This document shows, in pieces, positions 11,460-25,392 of a DNA stretch of 64,000 nt. The position numbers and the translations under genes are program-made. Under the pieces are notes generated by a model, which worked only from the letters and a program-made list of their open reading frames with translations, was not told the origin of the DNA and did no database searches. Within the stretch, counting starts at the first letter, position 1; every line of letters starts with the position of its first letter. The stretch comes from Squalus acanthias. Its lineage: Eukaryota. The stretch covers positions 14,696,001 to 14,760,000 of the forward strand of contig CM059433.1 of assembly GCA_030390025.1 (NCBI GenBank), written 5' to 3'.

Positions 11460-11847
11460 TAAAGCTAGGCTGACACTCCAGTGCAGTGCTGAGGGAGTGC
11501 TGCACTGTCGGAGGTGCCGTCTTTCGGAGGAGACGTTAAACTGCGGCCCCCTCTGCTCTCTCAGGTGGACGTAAAAGATCCCGTGGCACTATTTCAAAAA
11601 AGAGCAAGGGGAGTTATCCCCGGTGTCCTGGCCAATAGTTATCCCTCAATCAACATAACAAAAACAGATTATCTGGTCATTGTCACATTGCTGTCTGTGG
11701 GACCTTGCTGTGCGTAAATTGGCTGCCGTGTTTCCAACATTACAACAGTGACTCCACTTCAAAAAAGTACTTCATTGGCTGTAAAGCACTTTGAGACGTC
11801 CGGTGGTCGTGAAAGGCGCTATACAAATGCAAGTCTTTCTTTCTTTC
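11460..11847 (+). mobile_element. Deu-domain SINE (SacSINE1-like), 5'-truncated
   Basis: GTGCTGCACTGTCGGAGGTGCCGTCTTTCGG..GACGTTAAAC Deu core; L2-like tail AAGGCGCTATACAAATGCAAGT(CTTT)n. Confidence 0.8.
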
Positions 11848-12032
11848 ACCTGAAAAACGGGCAACTAGCAGAGCAAAATCTACTGAGGACCTTGTGCACC
11901 TATTTGCCCACCACATTTGGACAAAACAGGGGCAGCAGGCTGATAAAATATGCAAATTGGGTCCTATGCCTGTTGTGGGACACGAATTGAGTTTCTGTTG
12001 AAAAATGGGTGCAACATGCATGGCGCATATTA

Positions 12033-12611
12033 GAAACATAGAAAAATAGGAGCAGGAGTAGGCCATTCGGCCCTTTGAGCCTGCTCCTCCATTCATTATG
12101 ATCATGGCTGATCCTCTATCTCAATACCATATTCCTGCTCTCTCCCCATACCCCTTGATGCTTTTTGTGTCTAGAAATCTATCTATCTCCTTCTTAAATA
12201 TATTCAGTGATTTGGCCTCCACAGCCTTCTGTGGTAGAGAATTCCACAGGTTCACCACCCTCTGAGTGAAGAAATTTCTCCTCATCTCAGTCCTAAATGT
12301 CCTACCCTGTATCCTGAGACTGTGACCCCTCGTTCTAGACCCCCCAGCCAGGGGAAACATCGGGCTGGATTTTCAATGACCCGTGGAGTCAGGTTTGGAG
12401 GCGTGTGGGGGGTTAAAGTTGCAGATTCGGGGGTCCCGACCCCATCCTGACTCCACGCAATTTTGACAAAAATCGGTCGCGGGGTTCCCGACTCTGTCCC
12501 GCCTCCAAGAGGTGGGAGAGGCCATTAACAAGCCCTAAATTGGCTCTGTAATGCCATTTTGAAACGTTTTAGCTAGTTTAACCCTTTTCCGACGTGAAGT
12601 ACGCCTGATGT

Positions 12612-12645
<34 letters not shown>

Positions 12646-13285
12646 ACCTGCAATGATGACATCAGAGGCGACTTTCAGACTGAAACCACTAATTGGTTCA
12701 TGGGTTCCCACATGCTGGAACTCAATTGCCCAATTAAGTGAAAATTGCATCAATCTCCCACATCCAATTGCAGGCGGGTGGATAACATGAAATGCGGATG
12801 ACACGACCCCAATATCAAAATCCAGCCCATCCTCCCTGCATTCAGTCTAACTAGCCATCTCAGAATTTTACATGTTTCAATGAGATCCCCCTCTCATTCT
12901 TCTAAACTCTGGTGAATACAGGCCTAGTCGACCCAATCTCTCCTCATACGACAGTCCTGCCATCCCAGGAATCAGTCTGGTGAACCTTCGCTGCACTCCC
13001 TCTATGGCAAGTATATCCTTTCTTAGGTAAGGAGACCAAAACTGCACACAGTACACCAGGTGTGGTCTCACCAAGGCCCTGTATAACTGTAGCAAGACAT
13101 CCTTGCTCCTGTACTCAAATCCTCTTGCAATGAAGGCCAACATGCCATTTGCCTTCCTAACTGCTTGCTGCACCTGCATGTTTGCTTTCAGTGACTGGTG
13201 TACAAGGACACTCAGGTCTCTCTGTACATCAACATTTCCCAATCTATCACCATTTGAATAATACTCTGCCTTTCTGTTTTTCCTA
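12033..13285 (-). mobile_element. CR1 LINE 3' fragment (ORF2 C-terminus), split by a MITE
   Basis: QRDL.VLV..KANGMLAFI..LYRALVRPHL.YCVQFWSP; RRNFFTQRVVNLWNSLP. Confidence 0.95.
12362..12828. mobile_element. Harbinger-type MITE inserted in CR1
   Basis: TIR GGGCTGGATTTT / AAAATCCAGCCC; TSD ATC; internal (CT)n at ~12614-12641. Confidence 0.85.
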
Positions 13286-13899
13286 CTTTCTCCAGGCACT
13301 GAGAGGCATAACCGGCAGTCCTTAAAAGGACCACTGGAGGCCAATTATACGTCACAATTACAGTGAATGCACTGGATCCAACAATGAAATGAAGTGCGGC
13401 TGTCGAGGGAACAGTCCTTCCACATGAATACATTACACTGACTATGCTAATGTCTTTACAGATTCCTCATAGGTCAAATTAAATAGAGTCTTCCGTAAAA
13501 AAAACAGCGGATAAATACTTTACATCACTCACTGTTCAAAACTAAAGGAGTTATTGTCAGTTAGTGTTAAACAAGAAGTATATCAATAGCTGGTAAAATA
13601 TTCAGCAATGTACAGCCGAAACAAATGAACAGTGACCACTTAAGTATGACGAGTGAAATACAGACTTTCATCTAGGAGTCCCTGGAAAGATTGTAAAAGA
13701 TCCCCATGATGACAATGTATTTTACATATGATAGTGCAAAGCCCCCATTTAAATTCATATCATTCAACTGGATTGCAAGATTCTGACTACTTGAAATTCC
13801 AAACTATTAAATTAGATGACTAGTCCTGCATATAACTGCTATCTTCTAGGGTCAAAATAATCACTAATTAAAGGTCTGGGACTATTACTAGCTTTGGAG

Positions 13900-14668
13900 T
13901 GATGGGTGGGGGGTGAGGGAAATCGTGCATTGAGAAGTGTGTGAGGCTAGAAATGCAGTTGGGAGGCGACGGCTTTTGAAGATGTATTCACTGACCTTGA
14001 CCATTGGTCGGAGGTCATGAAGCTTCTTTGGGCACTGGAACCAGAGGGTGGGGGTCGACACTGCTGGCAGTGACGGCCTCGATGATGTGGTCCCACATCG
14101 TTCTTTCTAGAGGGCCTCCTGGCCCCTGTGGGTAGAGCACCTCTCAGTGTTGATCCCCTGCACAAAGCTGGAGTGCTGCGTGCGAGACCCTGGGTGCCCC
14201 TTCCCTGACTTACTGAGCCATTTGGGTTAGTGCAGAAGCACATTTCCTTTTTTTTTAAGGTGCGGAAGGCAATTCAGCTTTAAGAGCCCATTTGGGAATT
14301 CTTTTTAATGTTAATTTTTTTTTCAGAAGGCAGTTGAGCTGTAAGGGCTAAAAACTGCATATTTTTACATCATTTTTATTTTTAGCATTTCAGAATGCAT
14401 TGCCCTTTTAAGAATCCCACAATGCTTTGTGAAATTACAGCCTCGCTTTCAGAGGCTGTCGAAGCAGCAACCACGCCACATTAGGGCCTGCTGCCGGGAC
14501 CAACGCCACCAGGACGGCATTCAGTGGCGAGTTTAGCGCTGGGCTATTGATAATTAGTCCCCAGCACCAATTTTTCGGTCCTGCTAGCGCCACCATTTTC
14601 AGTGGCCGTTAACCCCCGGCCGCGGCGGCACTGGCAGCGTTTGTGGCGGCCTCGAATTTCTCGGCCAG
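13900..14668 (-). mobile_element. Harbinger remnant: Myb-like gene fragment plus one terminus
   Basis: Homologous to 37500-38210 (GARRPSRK Myb-like peptide, GAATTTCTCGGCC end). Confidence 0.7.
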
Positions 14669-15334
14669 AATGCTTACACTGTCAAATTATGAGATACAGC
14701 GTTCGTTGCCAATTGAAGCTGTCCTGTTAATTCGGACTGCTTTTATCTTAAAAGCCAAAGTTTCACTGAACAATAGGTCAAGTGGTGGAGCAGGTGATGG
14801 TCTTTCCCAAGAAAAGATTTGTAACTGTATATTCAGCTCATGCAGCAAATCACAGGGAGGGAGCTATTGGAAGATATTGATTCTACTGAGGTTGGAGAGG
14901 TACACCGATCATCTGGTATATGTGCCATATAATCAGATATGATTTAGACCATATGTTACATCAATGTTTCTATACAGACTGATTATGCACAATTACATGT
15001 GACAAAAGTACAACATCCAAATGGATAAGGGTGCTCATTTGGTAATCATATCGCATAAAGGTTTACAGCATAGAAGGAAGCTATTTGGCCCATTTCATCT
15101 GTGTCAACTTGTTGCTAGAGCTATACAAAACTAATCCTAATGCTCTGATCGCTCCCTATTGTCTTGTATCTTCCTCTGTTGCAAATTATTTTGTCAATTT
15201 TCTCTGAAATGCTGCAATGGTTTTTGCCTCAATCACCCCCTTGTGCCAAAACATTCCATGCTCCAACAATCTTCTGTAAATTTCTTCTAACCTATCTCCT
15301 CTCTCGGTGACAATTTTAAATAAATGACTTCTAT

Positions 15335-16385
15335 AACAACTACACCACCACCTTGTATTTATATAGCGCCTTTAACATAGTAAAACATCCCAAGGCTCTT
15401 CACAGGAACGTAATCAAACAAAATTTGATATCCAGCCACATCAGGAGATGTTAGGGCAGATGCTTAGTCAAAGAGGTAGGTTTTAAGGGAGCGTCTTAAA
15501 GGAGGAAAGAGAGGTAGAGGTGTTTAGGGAGGGAATTACAGAGCTTAGGGCCTTGGCAGCTGAAGGTATGGCCTCCAATGGTGGAGCAATTAAAATCAGG
15601 GATACACAAGAGGCCAGAATTGGAGGAGCGCGGATATCTCAGAGGGTTGTAGGACTGGAGGAGATCACAGAGATAGGGAGGGGCGAGGCCACAGAGGGAT
15701 TTGAAAACAAGGATGAGAATTTTATAATCGAGGCATTGCTTAACCGGGAGCCAATGTAGGTCAGCGAGCACAGGGGTGATGGGTGAACGGGACTTGGTGC
15801 GAGTTAGGACACGGGCAGCAGAGTTTTGGATGAGCTCAAGTTTACAGAGGGTAGAATGTGGGAACCCGGTGTGTTGGAATAGTCAAGTCTAGAGGTAACA
15901 AAGGCATGGATGAGGGTTTCAGCAGCGGATGAGCTGAGGCAGGTGTGGAGTCGGGCGATGTTACGGAGGTGGAAATAGGCGGTCTTAGTTATGGCGCGGA
16001 TATGTGGTCGGAAGCTCACCTCGGGGTCAAATATGACACCAAGGTTCCGAACTGTCTGGTTCAGTCTCAGACATTTGCCAGGGAGAGGGATGGAGTTGGT
16101 GGCGAGGGAACGGAGTTTGTGGCGGGGACCAAAGACAATAGCTTCAGTCTTCCCAATATTTAGTTGGAGGAAATTTCTGCTCATCCAGAACTGGATGTCG
16201 GACAAGCAGTCGGACAATTTAGACAGTGGAGGGGTCGAGAGGAGTGGTGGTGAGGTAGAGCTGGGTGTTGTCAGTGTACATGTGGAAACTGACGCTGTGT
16301 TTTCGGAGGGGGTCAAGGATAGATCCTTCGAGGACACCAGAGGCAACGATGCAGGAGCGGGTAGAGAAGCCATTGCAGTCTTGTT
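15335..16385 (-). mobile_element. L2 LINE 3' fragment
   Basis: WMSRNFLQLNIGKTE, VRNLGVIFD, LIHAFVTSRLDYSN, LHWLPV. Confidence 0.9.
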
Positions 16386-17749
16386 GCTAACTGGTCTATA
16401 GTTACCTGGTTTCTCCTCTCCTTTCTTGAATGTAAGTATTTGGATTGGCGAGTTGCCAGTCCAATTAAGAAAAGAAAGAAAGACTTGCATTTATATAGCG
16501 CCTTGCACGACCACAGGAGGACATCCCAAAGCGCTTTACAGCCAATTGAGTATTTTTGAGGTGTAGTCCTGATTATAATGTAGGAATACTGCATGGCACA
16601 ATTTTAATATTCAAAAATAGTGGCCAGAGCCTCTCTGACTTGTTTCAGACTAGGGTGCACACCATCAGGGCCTGGAGACTTACTTCAGTTCTGTTATTTT
16701 TTCTAGAGTTATCTCTAATAACTGCTCCATATCCTCCTCTAGTACATCTGTAATCTCACTTCCACCATCATTTAATAAAATCAATGCAAAATATTTATTT
16801 AACTTCTCTGCCATATCCTTAACCTCAACAATTAGACTCCCTCATACATCTCTCCCTCAGACTATGAAGAATGCAGTTGTCTTCCTAGCACAGCCAAAAA
16901 GGAGCATTCACCATAGCACCAACCATATTTAAATAAATGACCATTTAAATCAAGAAGATAGTTTTAATGTTAGATTTTTTAAACAAAGTGCATACTTACA
17001 AGATTTTTTAAAAAAGGCACCTAGCTGAAATGTGGAAATTTTCCTCAACAGAAGTGGTTTTCCCCAGAGTCTAAACATTACGCAATTCATAGCTTGTCGA
17101 GATCATCCTAAAACAACTCATACCCATTGTGTTGGAAAGTCCTTTGATCCCTGTCTGCCTGTGAACAGCGCAAAATAAAAGGAAAGACCATTAGAGAGGC
17201 TTTTTGAAACAGCAAGGCTCTGAGGGCTGTTAAAGGGAAAGCTGTGAGGGCTTTCACAGGTGAAGAGATTAGACATGCTGGAAGCTAGTAGCCATTTTGT
17301 TTATGTCAAGTAAGATGACCCACTGATGAGGGCTAGCATGGCATTTTCTTTGTTGTGCATTAATATGCAAAGATAAGCTGTACAGATTCAATTAAGTGAG
17401 TTCATTCAGTCATAACGGCTATTGTGTATATTCACTATATTGTGAAAGAAAAGCAACTTATCGATTTGTATCTGGCCTTGTCTCACGCAGTGTTTGCTGG
17501 TCCAGCTTCAGAGAAGTACACAAATACCCAATTCAAGTCGCAAGGGGGTTCTATTCTTTTACCCGAGGTCATGCTATTGTACCAGCAGCTGTAGGACAGT
17601 ATGGGTCAAAAGAAAGACACTCAGATCATTTATGGAAGCAACTGAAGCCATTGTACCCGAGATGGTCCTATAGCAGTCCCAAATTCATAACAATGAATTC
17701 AGTAAAAGCCTGCCTTAAGGTTCCTCCTGTCTGCAGGTGAGGTTGTGCA

Positions 17750-18190
17750 CACATGTTCTCAGCCTCTGAGTTGGTGTCCTCTTCTGCCATTGGATGTGGC
17801 TGGGCCTCATTTTGCAACAGCTCCATGATGATGTCTCTTTAGATATGATGTCGTGCAAGAAGCAACACGTCACAATGATCGAGCCATACTTTAACTAACT
17901 CTCCCCCCACCAGCCGCCCCCATATCCCCTCGCCAATTGGTCTAGGCATCAGATCCTTTTGCTTCAACATCCCAAGAGTCTGCTCCACCACAAACCTAGT
18001 GGTGGGTATGCTTCATTACATTCCTCCACTGTTCTTCCTCATGGCTGTCTCGAGGGGGGTTAGTCTGTCGCTTACGAGCAGCTAACAGTCCAGTTTTCAT
18101 AGCCCTTCAAATAGTGGTGGTATCATCAATTGCCATAAAATAAGGGAACCATGACGGACATCAAGATGACAAGCAATTACATGCACGATT
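17750..18190 (-). pseudogene. Old Harbinger transposase C-terminal remnant
   Basis: IPPLFEG...TTRFVVEQTLGMLKQ aligns to VPPLFNP...[14 protein letters not shown] of the 1285-1923 ORF. Confidence 0.65.
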
Positions 18191-18194
18191 CTTT

Positions 18195-18832
18195 GGGGGG
18201 AAATTGGGTGCCTTTGCACCTCCTGCTGGAGCCCCCAGGGGGCGCTAACGGGGCGCAAATGGCTTTGCGACCGGGCGCGGCGCTGACATCGACTCCCACG
18301 ATAATCGGCGGGAGTTGGCCGCGGCACTACGATGTTGCGCCACGATCTCCTTCGCCCGGAGATTGTGACATCATCGCCGCGGTAGCGCCCCGGACCCAAA
18401 ATTGACTTCCGCCCCCTGCGGCAGCACTGGACGAAAACACCGACAGCTGCAGGAGGCGTGCATCGGGTGGCCGGCCGCCTCAGGGGCAATGATCAAAGGC
18501 GAGGTGGCTGAGATGTGTGGAAAAAAACACTTACTTTTCTTCTTCTGCTTTTTTCCGCGGGTTCCTGCACTGGATCGCGGCTGCCTTGGGGGTCCAGGTA
18601 GGTACTTTTTAAATTGCAGAGCCTGCAGCGATGGCCCTTCCCTTTGAGGGAGGGAAGGAGTCTTTGAACGCGGCAACGCTGCTGAAGTCTCCGCCCCGCC
18701 TGCTGCTGATTGCGCTCCAAGATGCAAGTGGAGCTTGATTTAGTGCTTCACTTCCTTCTTGGAGCGCAAAAATGAATTTTTTTAAAGTTTGGAAGTTAGC
18801 GCCCCAAACGGGGCTATAATGAATTTCTCCCC
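18195..18832. mobile_element. Harbinger-type MITE (GC/CpG-rich)
   Basis: GGGGGGAAATT / AATTTCTCCCC termini; TTT flanks. Confidence 0.7.
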
Positions 18833-18838
18833 TTTTAC

Positions 18839-18950
18839 GATAGCTTTTTTCCAGTTCTGACGAAAGGTCTTCGACCTGAAACGTTAACTCTGTTTCTCTC
18901 TCCACGGATGCTGCCTGGCCTGCTGAGTTTTTCCAGCGTTTTCTGTTGTT
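18839..18950 (+). mobile_element. Penelope-like terminal repeat fragment
   Basis: Reverse complement of 52190-52295; 16-bp duplication ATTTCTCCCCTTTTAC at 18823-18838 and 18951-18966. Confidence 0.8.
18853..18890 (+). ncRNA. Minimal hammerhead ribozyme motif (Penelope-associated)
   Basis: CTGACGA, stem II AGGTC-TTC-GACCT, GAAAC, palindromic AACGTT. Confidence 0.7.
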
Positions 18951-20072
18951 ATTTCTCCCCTTTTACCTTTGGCTACAGACCAGATACACATTAGTGGAAA
19001 AGGATGGGATTGAGGGTTTATGTGTGCAATAAATAATAGCCTGCATCCTGGAGAAATCTAACACAAAGTAAGAGTGCAGTGCTCTCATGTTGCCAATTAG
19101 TTTCCATTAGAAAACTGATGAAGGAGTCAGCCCTGGAAAACAAGGCACCTTTCTTTCTTTGATCGATGCATTGGTGCACTGCTGGCTATGAGATCTGGAA
19201 GATATTCCGTGCTGTTGCTTGGAATTAAATCAATTGTGTCAGTCTTTATGGCACTGGTGACCACCTTGACAGCCACTGGCACTGCCGACAATGCCCTGTA
19301 ATTGGTCTAAGATCTGACTCTGGGAGATTGTATATTTCTATTACTACCCCTTTGTTAGCAATAACCTCCTCAAGCTGATCTGCTCGGAGATGTCCAGGTG
19401 CGTCTTGGTTTGTTAGGATCGGTTTCAGCATGATCATCTTAAGATGCAAACTCACTTCACTCTCTTGCTTCCTCAGATCTCTCGTCGTGAACAAGGAAAT
19501 TTAGTGGTATGCCCAGTGGAATACCCATGACCATAATTACGGTCCTCCCACATTAATTTGCACTTGGCAAACAACCATAAATGGGAGCGAGAATCCTGGT
19601 AAAATGGCAAAAATCAATGCTCATTGTTATGTCTGTGTCTCTCATTTTTAACAGTATCGCTATTTTATTAAGTTTTACAATGTTTTTTTTAAATAGTACA
19701 CGGAAGATCAAAAAAAATGCAACAGATTATAAGATGGTTCCTGCAATAGCAGCTGAAAGGAACGCAGAAAAACTCCCAGAATTTACAAAGGTGGCAAGAT
19801 TTCAGGATACGGCAGAATTAAAATCAAGAAAAGATGATTAAGAATAATTTCAAAATCCAGGCATTTATCAGTGAAATTGAGGCGTAACATGATTAGTATA
19901 GCATCCAAACAGAAGTTAAGTAGCTTCTGGAGTTAAAGTCGGAGAATTAAGTTCAGCACCCAAAGTGATTTGAAGCAATCCTGAGTCTCCGTGTTCAGTG
20001 AAGCAATGTGTAGAAATAACGAGACATATGACAGTAAAGAATCTACTGGGTATTCCGTAAATAGAGACACAT

Positions 20073-20923
20073 GGGGGGAAATTTAGCCCCCCAAAAACGG
20101 ATGGGTTTGGGTCGGGTGGGAGGTTAAAGTGTTAGAAATCGGAATCCTGACCACACCCCGCCGACTTCCGGTTTTAACGTAAGCGGGATGGGGGGGCGGT
20201 GAGCAGGAGGCGGGTTGGCACTTTAAATATTATAATAAGGCTGCGTGCCTCATTTGGAAGCACCATTTTAAATTTAACTCTGTGCGGCCGGGTTTCCCGG
20301 GCCTCGGAAAAGGCAACAGCTAAAAGGTGAGGACTGCTGGATCCAGGAGGTAAGTGCCTTTCCGCTTACCTGCTGGGTCCAACGTAACTGCCTCGCCAAC
20401 CCTCTGTGATCAGATGCCCCCCCCCTCGACCCTTCCGATCTCCCCCCGACCTCCCCCACAAGGCCGCTGATCTCACCCTACCCCCCACCCACCGCCCCCC
20501 CGCCCGGCTTCCCACCTCACACTCGAGGTCTCCGATCTTCCCCCCCCCCTCGACCTCCGGCCTCCGACCCGAGGCCTCCGATCTCTGATCCCCGACCCCT
20601 CCCCCTCCCCCCAGCCTTCTGATCTCCAACCCCTCCTCTGGCCTTTCCGAACTCTGATCCGCAGCCATTGATACTCCCGTGGCTTTTCCGATCCCTCCCT
20701 CTCTCCTCTCTGATCCCCGACTGTGGCCTGGTGCCACAGGCCTACCCACCCGACAGCCAGCCAGCCTCTCAGTCTGGCTGGCTGCAGGTAGGAAACAGAG
20801 AATAACAATGTTAAGCAGGCCCTGCTGTTAAATTTGAGGGAAACCTGTTCTCCTGGGTTTCCCGACCGCAATCCAGCCTCCCGCAACCCCGCTCCCTCTC
20901 CGCCTCCAAATTAAAATCCTGCC
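20073..20923. mobile_element. Harbinger-type MITE
   Basis: GGGGGGAAATTTA / TAAAATCCTGCC termini; TSD CAT; homolog at 50599-51424. Confidence 0.75.
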
Positions 20924-20935
20924 CATAAACACACT

Positions 20936-21782
20936 GGGCTGGATTTTGTGAATGGAGGCGAGTTGGAGGTGGGACAGCTGCTTGTCGTGTCAATGTCCCG
21001 CCTCCATCCTCGCCTGACCAACCAGAGGGATTTTCCCCTGATTGAGCTTGTTAAACTCATCCTGCAGGCTCAGCAGGCCAATTAGGGAGGAAGTCACTGA
21101 CAGAGCACGTCAACGTCAGACGTGCTATCTGTCAAGACTTCTTGAAAGAAGCAATGTCAGTGTTTGACAGCTCTGTGAAGCTGTCAAACACTGACATTCT
21201 CTTTAGTTTGATGAGGCCTTGTGTTCAGGACTCATCAAACCTTTCAAAAGTGTAAATTTCACATGGCTGTTGGTACGGAGTTTCCAACAGCCAGTATGTG
21301 AAATTGACAAGGAGGATGTTGTCTCTCCCGATCCACCGTGGCTAAAGGCTGTAGAAAGAAAACAAGGTAAATTAACACTTTTTAAAACTTATCACTCACC
21401 TTGCATACTTACCACTCCACACTTGCACCTAGCACTCACCTCTACATCTTACTTCCAGGAGCCTCCGACCGCCGTAGACCTCCTCCACATCTCCTCCAAC
21501 CCGGCGGGGTTCTCCGAGGTTGGGAAGCCTTCACCTGTGAAGGTAAAATGGCACTAATCCTGTTTCCTGCCTGTTAACTACCTGTTAACAGGCAGTTAAA
21601 AAGGATTAAATGCCTTTCCCGCCTCCAGGAGACGGGATCCGAGACTGCACATCTTCCCGCCTCCTGGCAAAAGGGCACGGAGGCGGGTCGGGGGCGGGTT
21701 TGCCCTCCGCCCCCACTTTCCGCTACTTTGCCAGCAGTCCCGCCTCCATGCCCGCTTTCTTGGGGCTGAGAAAATCCAGCCC
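20936..21782. mobile_element. Harbinger-type MITE
   Basis: GGGCTGGATTTT / AAAATCCAGCCC; TSD ACT; inverted homolog at 38302-39136. Confidence 0.85.
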
Positions 21783-21829
21783 ACTGCATCAGAATTGCTA
21801 CAAACTACCGGCTGCACAAGGATTACCAC

Positions 21830-23520
21830 CAACTGAATAATTGCAACTCCTAACTAGAAGCTCGGTGGACAGCTGGAAGAAGTTTAAACAAACAATGGTA
21901 GGTGAACTATGAACTAACTATAGCTACTGCAGAAAAAAAAAAGACAACATTTAAGGTCACAACACCCCTTACTGTGATTAGTTATGAAGCCGTTGAAGAA
22001 CATTACAAATTTAGATTCAATATAGCAGGTAAATACAGAAGGTTATAGAAATGTTTGAGAATCTTTGTCAGTAAAAGGGAAAAAACACACGATATGACAC
22101 ATATATACAATTTAAGAAATCAAGAGAATGGGAACAAATCAGTGCAGTGAAGAGAGAGTGTTGCACTGTTGGAGCTGCTATTTTTCAGATGAGATGCTAA
22201 ATTGAGGCTACAACTTCAAGCTCGAGTGGACATAATCGATCCCATGGCACTATTTGAGGAAGAGCAGGGAATTCTCTTGATGTCCTTACCAACATTCCTG
22301 CCTCAAACACCACCAACAAAAATGCATATTCCTGTCATTCATTTCATTTGCTGTTTGTGGGACCTTGCTTTGCACAACTTGGCAGTTGCGTTTCCCTGCG
22401 CAACAACAGTAACTACTCTTCAAAAGTTTGTAAAGTCTGGGATGTCCTGAGGACAAGCGCTATATGAATGCAGTTTTTTTGTCTTGATCACCATGTGAAA
22501 GTCATGAAGTTCTTGAAGACACTTCTGAAGGAGTCACTGATTCCTGATATAATTGCGTTTGGACTTCCAATAAAAATGTTTGTAAGAAAGAGAGAGGGAG
22601 AAAGAAAAAAAGGAAAAAGACTGCTCAGCGAGCTAAACCTCGAAGACCTTAAGAAAGCTGTAAATATGATAAAAGGAGCCAAAGTTCAGTAATGATGAAA
22701 TTATCCATATAATTAGGCATAAAGGGAGTGCCAAGAATAAGCAACCTGTTAGGGAACTCAGCCAACAGAAGCTGCAGCTGATTAGAGATGAACTGGTGGG
22801 CCATGATTTATTATCAGTGTTTAGGATTCAGGCAGACATCTAATAAGTATGGTTGAAAAATACATTTTGCTGTCAAGTGTTATGTAGAAAAAGAAACAAC
22901 TGCACCTCAGAGACAGAAGAAGAAGATAATGAGTACACGTATACAACTGGAGCAGAGAATGATAGAGAAACTGTTCCAAATGTTGCTTGTGACAATGAGG
23001 GTAAATGTTAATGACGATGCCAATGTTAAGCTTCAGCTTGATTGTGGAGCAATGTGCAAGCTCAATGAGTACATGGATGCTGTGGAAAAGTCAGATAATT
23101 GCCATCTCCAGAGGAGTAATGGTTAGATAAAAGTATTTAACAAATCAGTGAAGTTCCCATCAGTAGATGTAATCTAAAATCTACCAGAGAAGAAGTTGCA
23201 CACAATATTGATGGGCTGAAACCAAATGTAAAGAAAACTGAAGATAATCTGGAGATGAGTAAAGCAAATGATATCTGTTCATTTGAGCAGTTCTTAATTA
23301 TTGTATACGTTTCTGCCATATATGCCAACCACACAACCATTGATACATTGAGAAGATAAGGTGTCGAGTTTCACTGGTTAGAGAATCACGACCAAGCCGT
23401 AACTAAAGTAAGTAAGTTAACCACAGACTATGAAGTTCTGGAGGACTGAAGGATGAGGTTGTTGCTGTGTGATGCATCAGCATCTGATCTTGATGCAGTT
23501 TTGTACCAAAAAAGATTAAT
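21830..23520 (+). mobile_element. Degenerate Gypsy LTR-retrotransposon internal remnant (gag, protease, RNase H bits), with a SINE at ~22140-22480
   Basis: DSWKKFKQ, ESLIPDIIAFGL..RLLSELNL.DLKKA (gag), KLQLDCGAMC (protease), LLCDASASDLDAVL (RNase H). Confidence 0.7.
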
Positions 23521-25392
23521 TCTGTTTCTAGAAGGCTATTCTAACACCTTGTTCACACAAAACAAAACCTCCAACCTGTCTCCTTTCTATATCCTCATTA
23601 CAACTTTAAAAAAATCAACATTACTTTTCTCAGTGCTTTTCCAAACTTTGGTCCTTTGTTCTTTCTAAGCTCCAAATGTGCCATCTGATAAACTCTGCTT
23701 TCTCCCTACATCCTCACATTTTTGAAATCAATATTCTTTGCACTCTCCTACTCCAACTCATTTTTTCCCCAGAACTTTAAAAGTGTGGAACATTACTTTC
23801 CCCTTATTCCCATATTTATCAGGTTTTTAAAAGACAATCTTATTGTCACTTAATCACTATTACCTAATTTGCCTTATCTTCTCTTTTCATTCTGTTCAGC
23901 CTTAGTGGTGTCCTGCATGTGGACCTTTCACTTTGGTTTTAAAAAATCTCTCTGCCCTCTCTTTACACTCACTCTCCACTTCCTCACAGTCACTCTTCAT
24001 ACCTTCACGCCTGCATTTACTCCCTTCTCTCCACATTCATTCTTTCTCCCCATGTCTCTTAACATTTCTTGACCTTTCACCATCTTCTTTTTTTTAAGCA
24101 CAGGATGTACAGTGGAGGTTTAATCATGGGGAAATAGAAGGATTTGAAGATGAGCAGCGGTAGAAATGTAGAAATAAATGCAGTGACTTTGCAGAAATGG
24201 AGAGGACTGTATACAGGAATGGAGAGGACTATACAAAAGAAATTGAGAGAACTGTATACAGGAATGCAGTGGAAGCACAAGTGAAGGTGGCCAGTCCATG
24301 GATAATGGATTTGGAGATCAACCTGGATAGGATGCACAAGAAGAAATAAGGATGGGATAGATATAAGGGAATGGAGTCTATAGATTGCTAGGACTATAGA
24401 TTGACAAGTGAGCAGGCAGGAATGGGAAAAAGGATGGACAGATAAGGGAGCATGATGCACAAATCAGCATACCATGAACAGAATGCATTGAACTGGCAGC
24501 TGTGTAGACTGGCAGCCAAGAGGGAAAGAAATAAAATCGGCACAAAGACAATATCCAAAAATAAATAGCACTCTACACTTTACAACAAAGAATTAATGAT
24601 ATGCAATGAGCTGTGACTGGGCTAGCAGCCAAGCAGAGTTAAGATAACAAATATCCTATTGTCATAAAAGGTATATAGAAAAAGAACATTGGCTGCACAG
24701 CAAAGGGTAAAACGTCTGAAGTGAAAGAGATTAATTTTAAATTTGAAAGCGCATCCAGAGTCTTGTGTTACAATTTGATCGCCCTACTTCAACAGGAACA
24801 TCATATTATTTGTAAGAGTTCAGTACAGGGCACAAGATTGACGCCACAACAGAAATTGCAGATAAAATAATTCTGGAACGGACACATTCCTGGAGCTAAT
24901 TAAAAAGGCAGATTAACTCAACTGCTATTTCTGGATCAATAGCGAAATTTAAGAAAACATACATTCATACAAAAATACTGATTTTTGTTTCTGTAGACAT
25001 CAAAGTATGACCTTAAACAGAATCAACCTGTGCTACTATTGGTTAATAATTGTATTACAAAAATAGGGAAAAGTTTAATACACGTTCTTTAAAGTCCAAT
25101 CTCCCTCGCTTGTATATGTGCATAGTACATGAGTAAATATTAAATGATTGCCATCTAATATTTGGCATCGGAACCACAGTAATGGAATGGCACCCACAAT
25201 AAAATAATAGGAAAAAGTGGATAATAATTTTATTAGATCTTTCATGCAACACCACACCATATGCTTCTTAATGTGTTTATAATGAGATCCTAAATCATAA
25301 ATAAAGAGCTATTGATACTGGATCAGAGTCTTCTAACAGTTTATAACAGCATATTTGCGACAAAATGATATTTATAACAAAGTCCTGGAATA

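Noticed and set aside
19500..19540. GMPSGIPMT resembling picorna/calicivirus RdRp motif B
   Set aside because: Bounded by stops, with no motif A or GDD found at the expected spacing
20274..20993. Pro/Gly-rich ORFs (also 50958-51415)
   Set aside because: Low-complexity C-rich interior of MITEs, not genes
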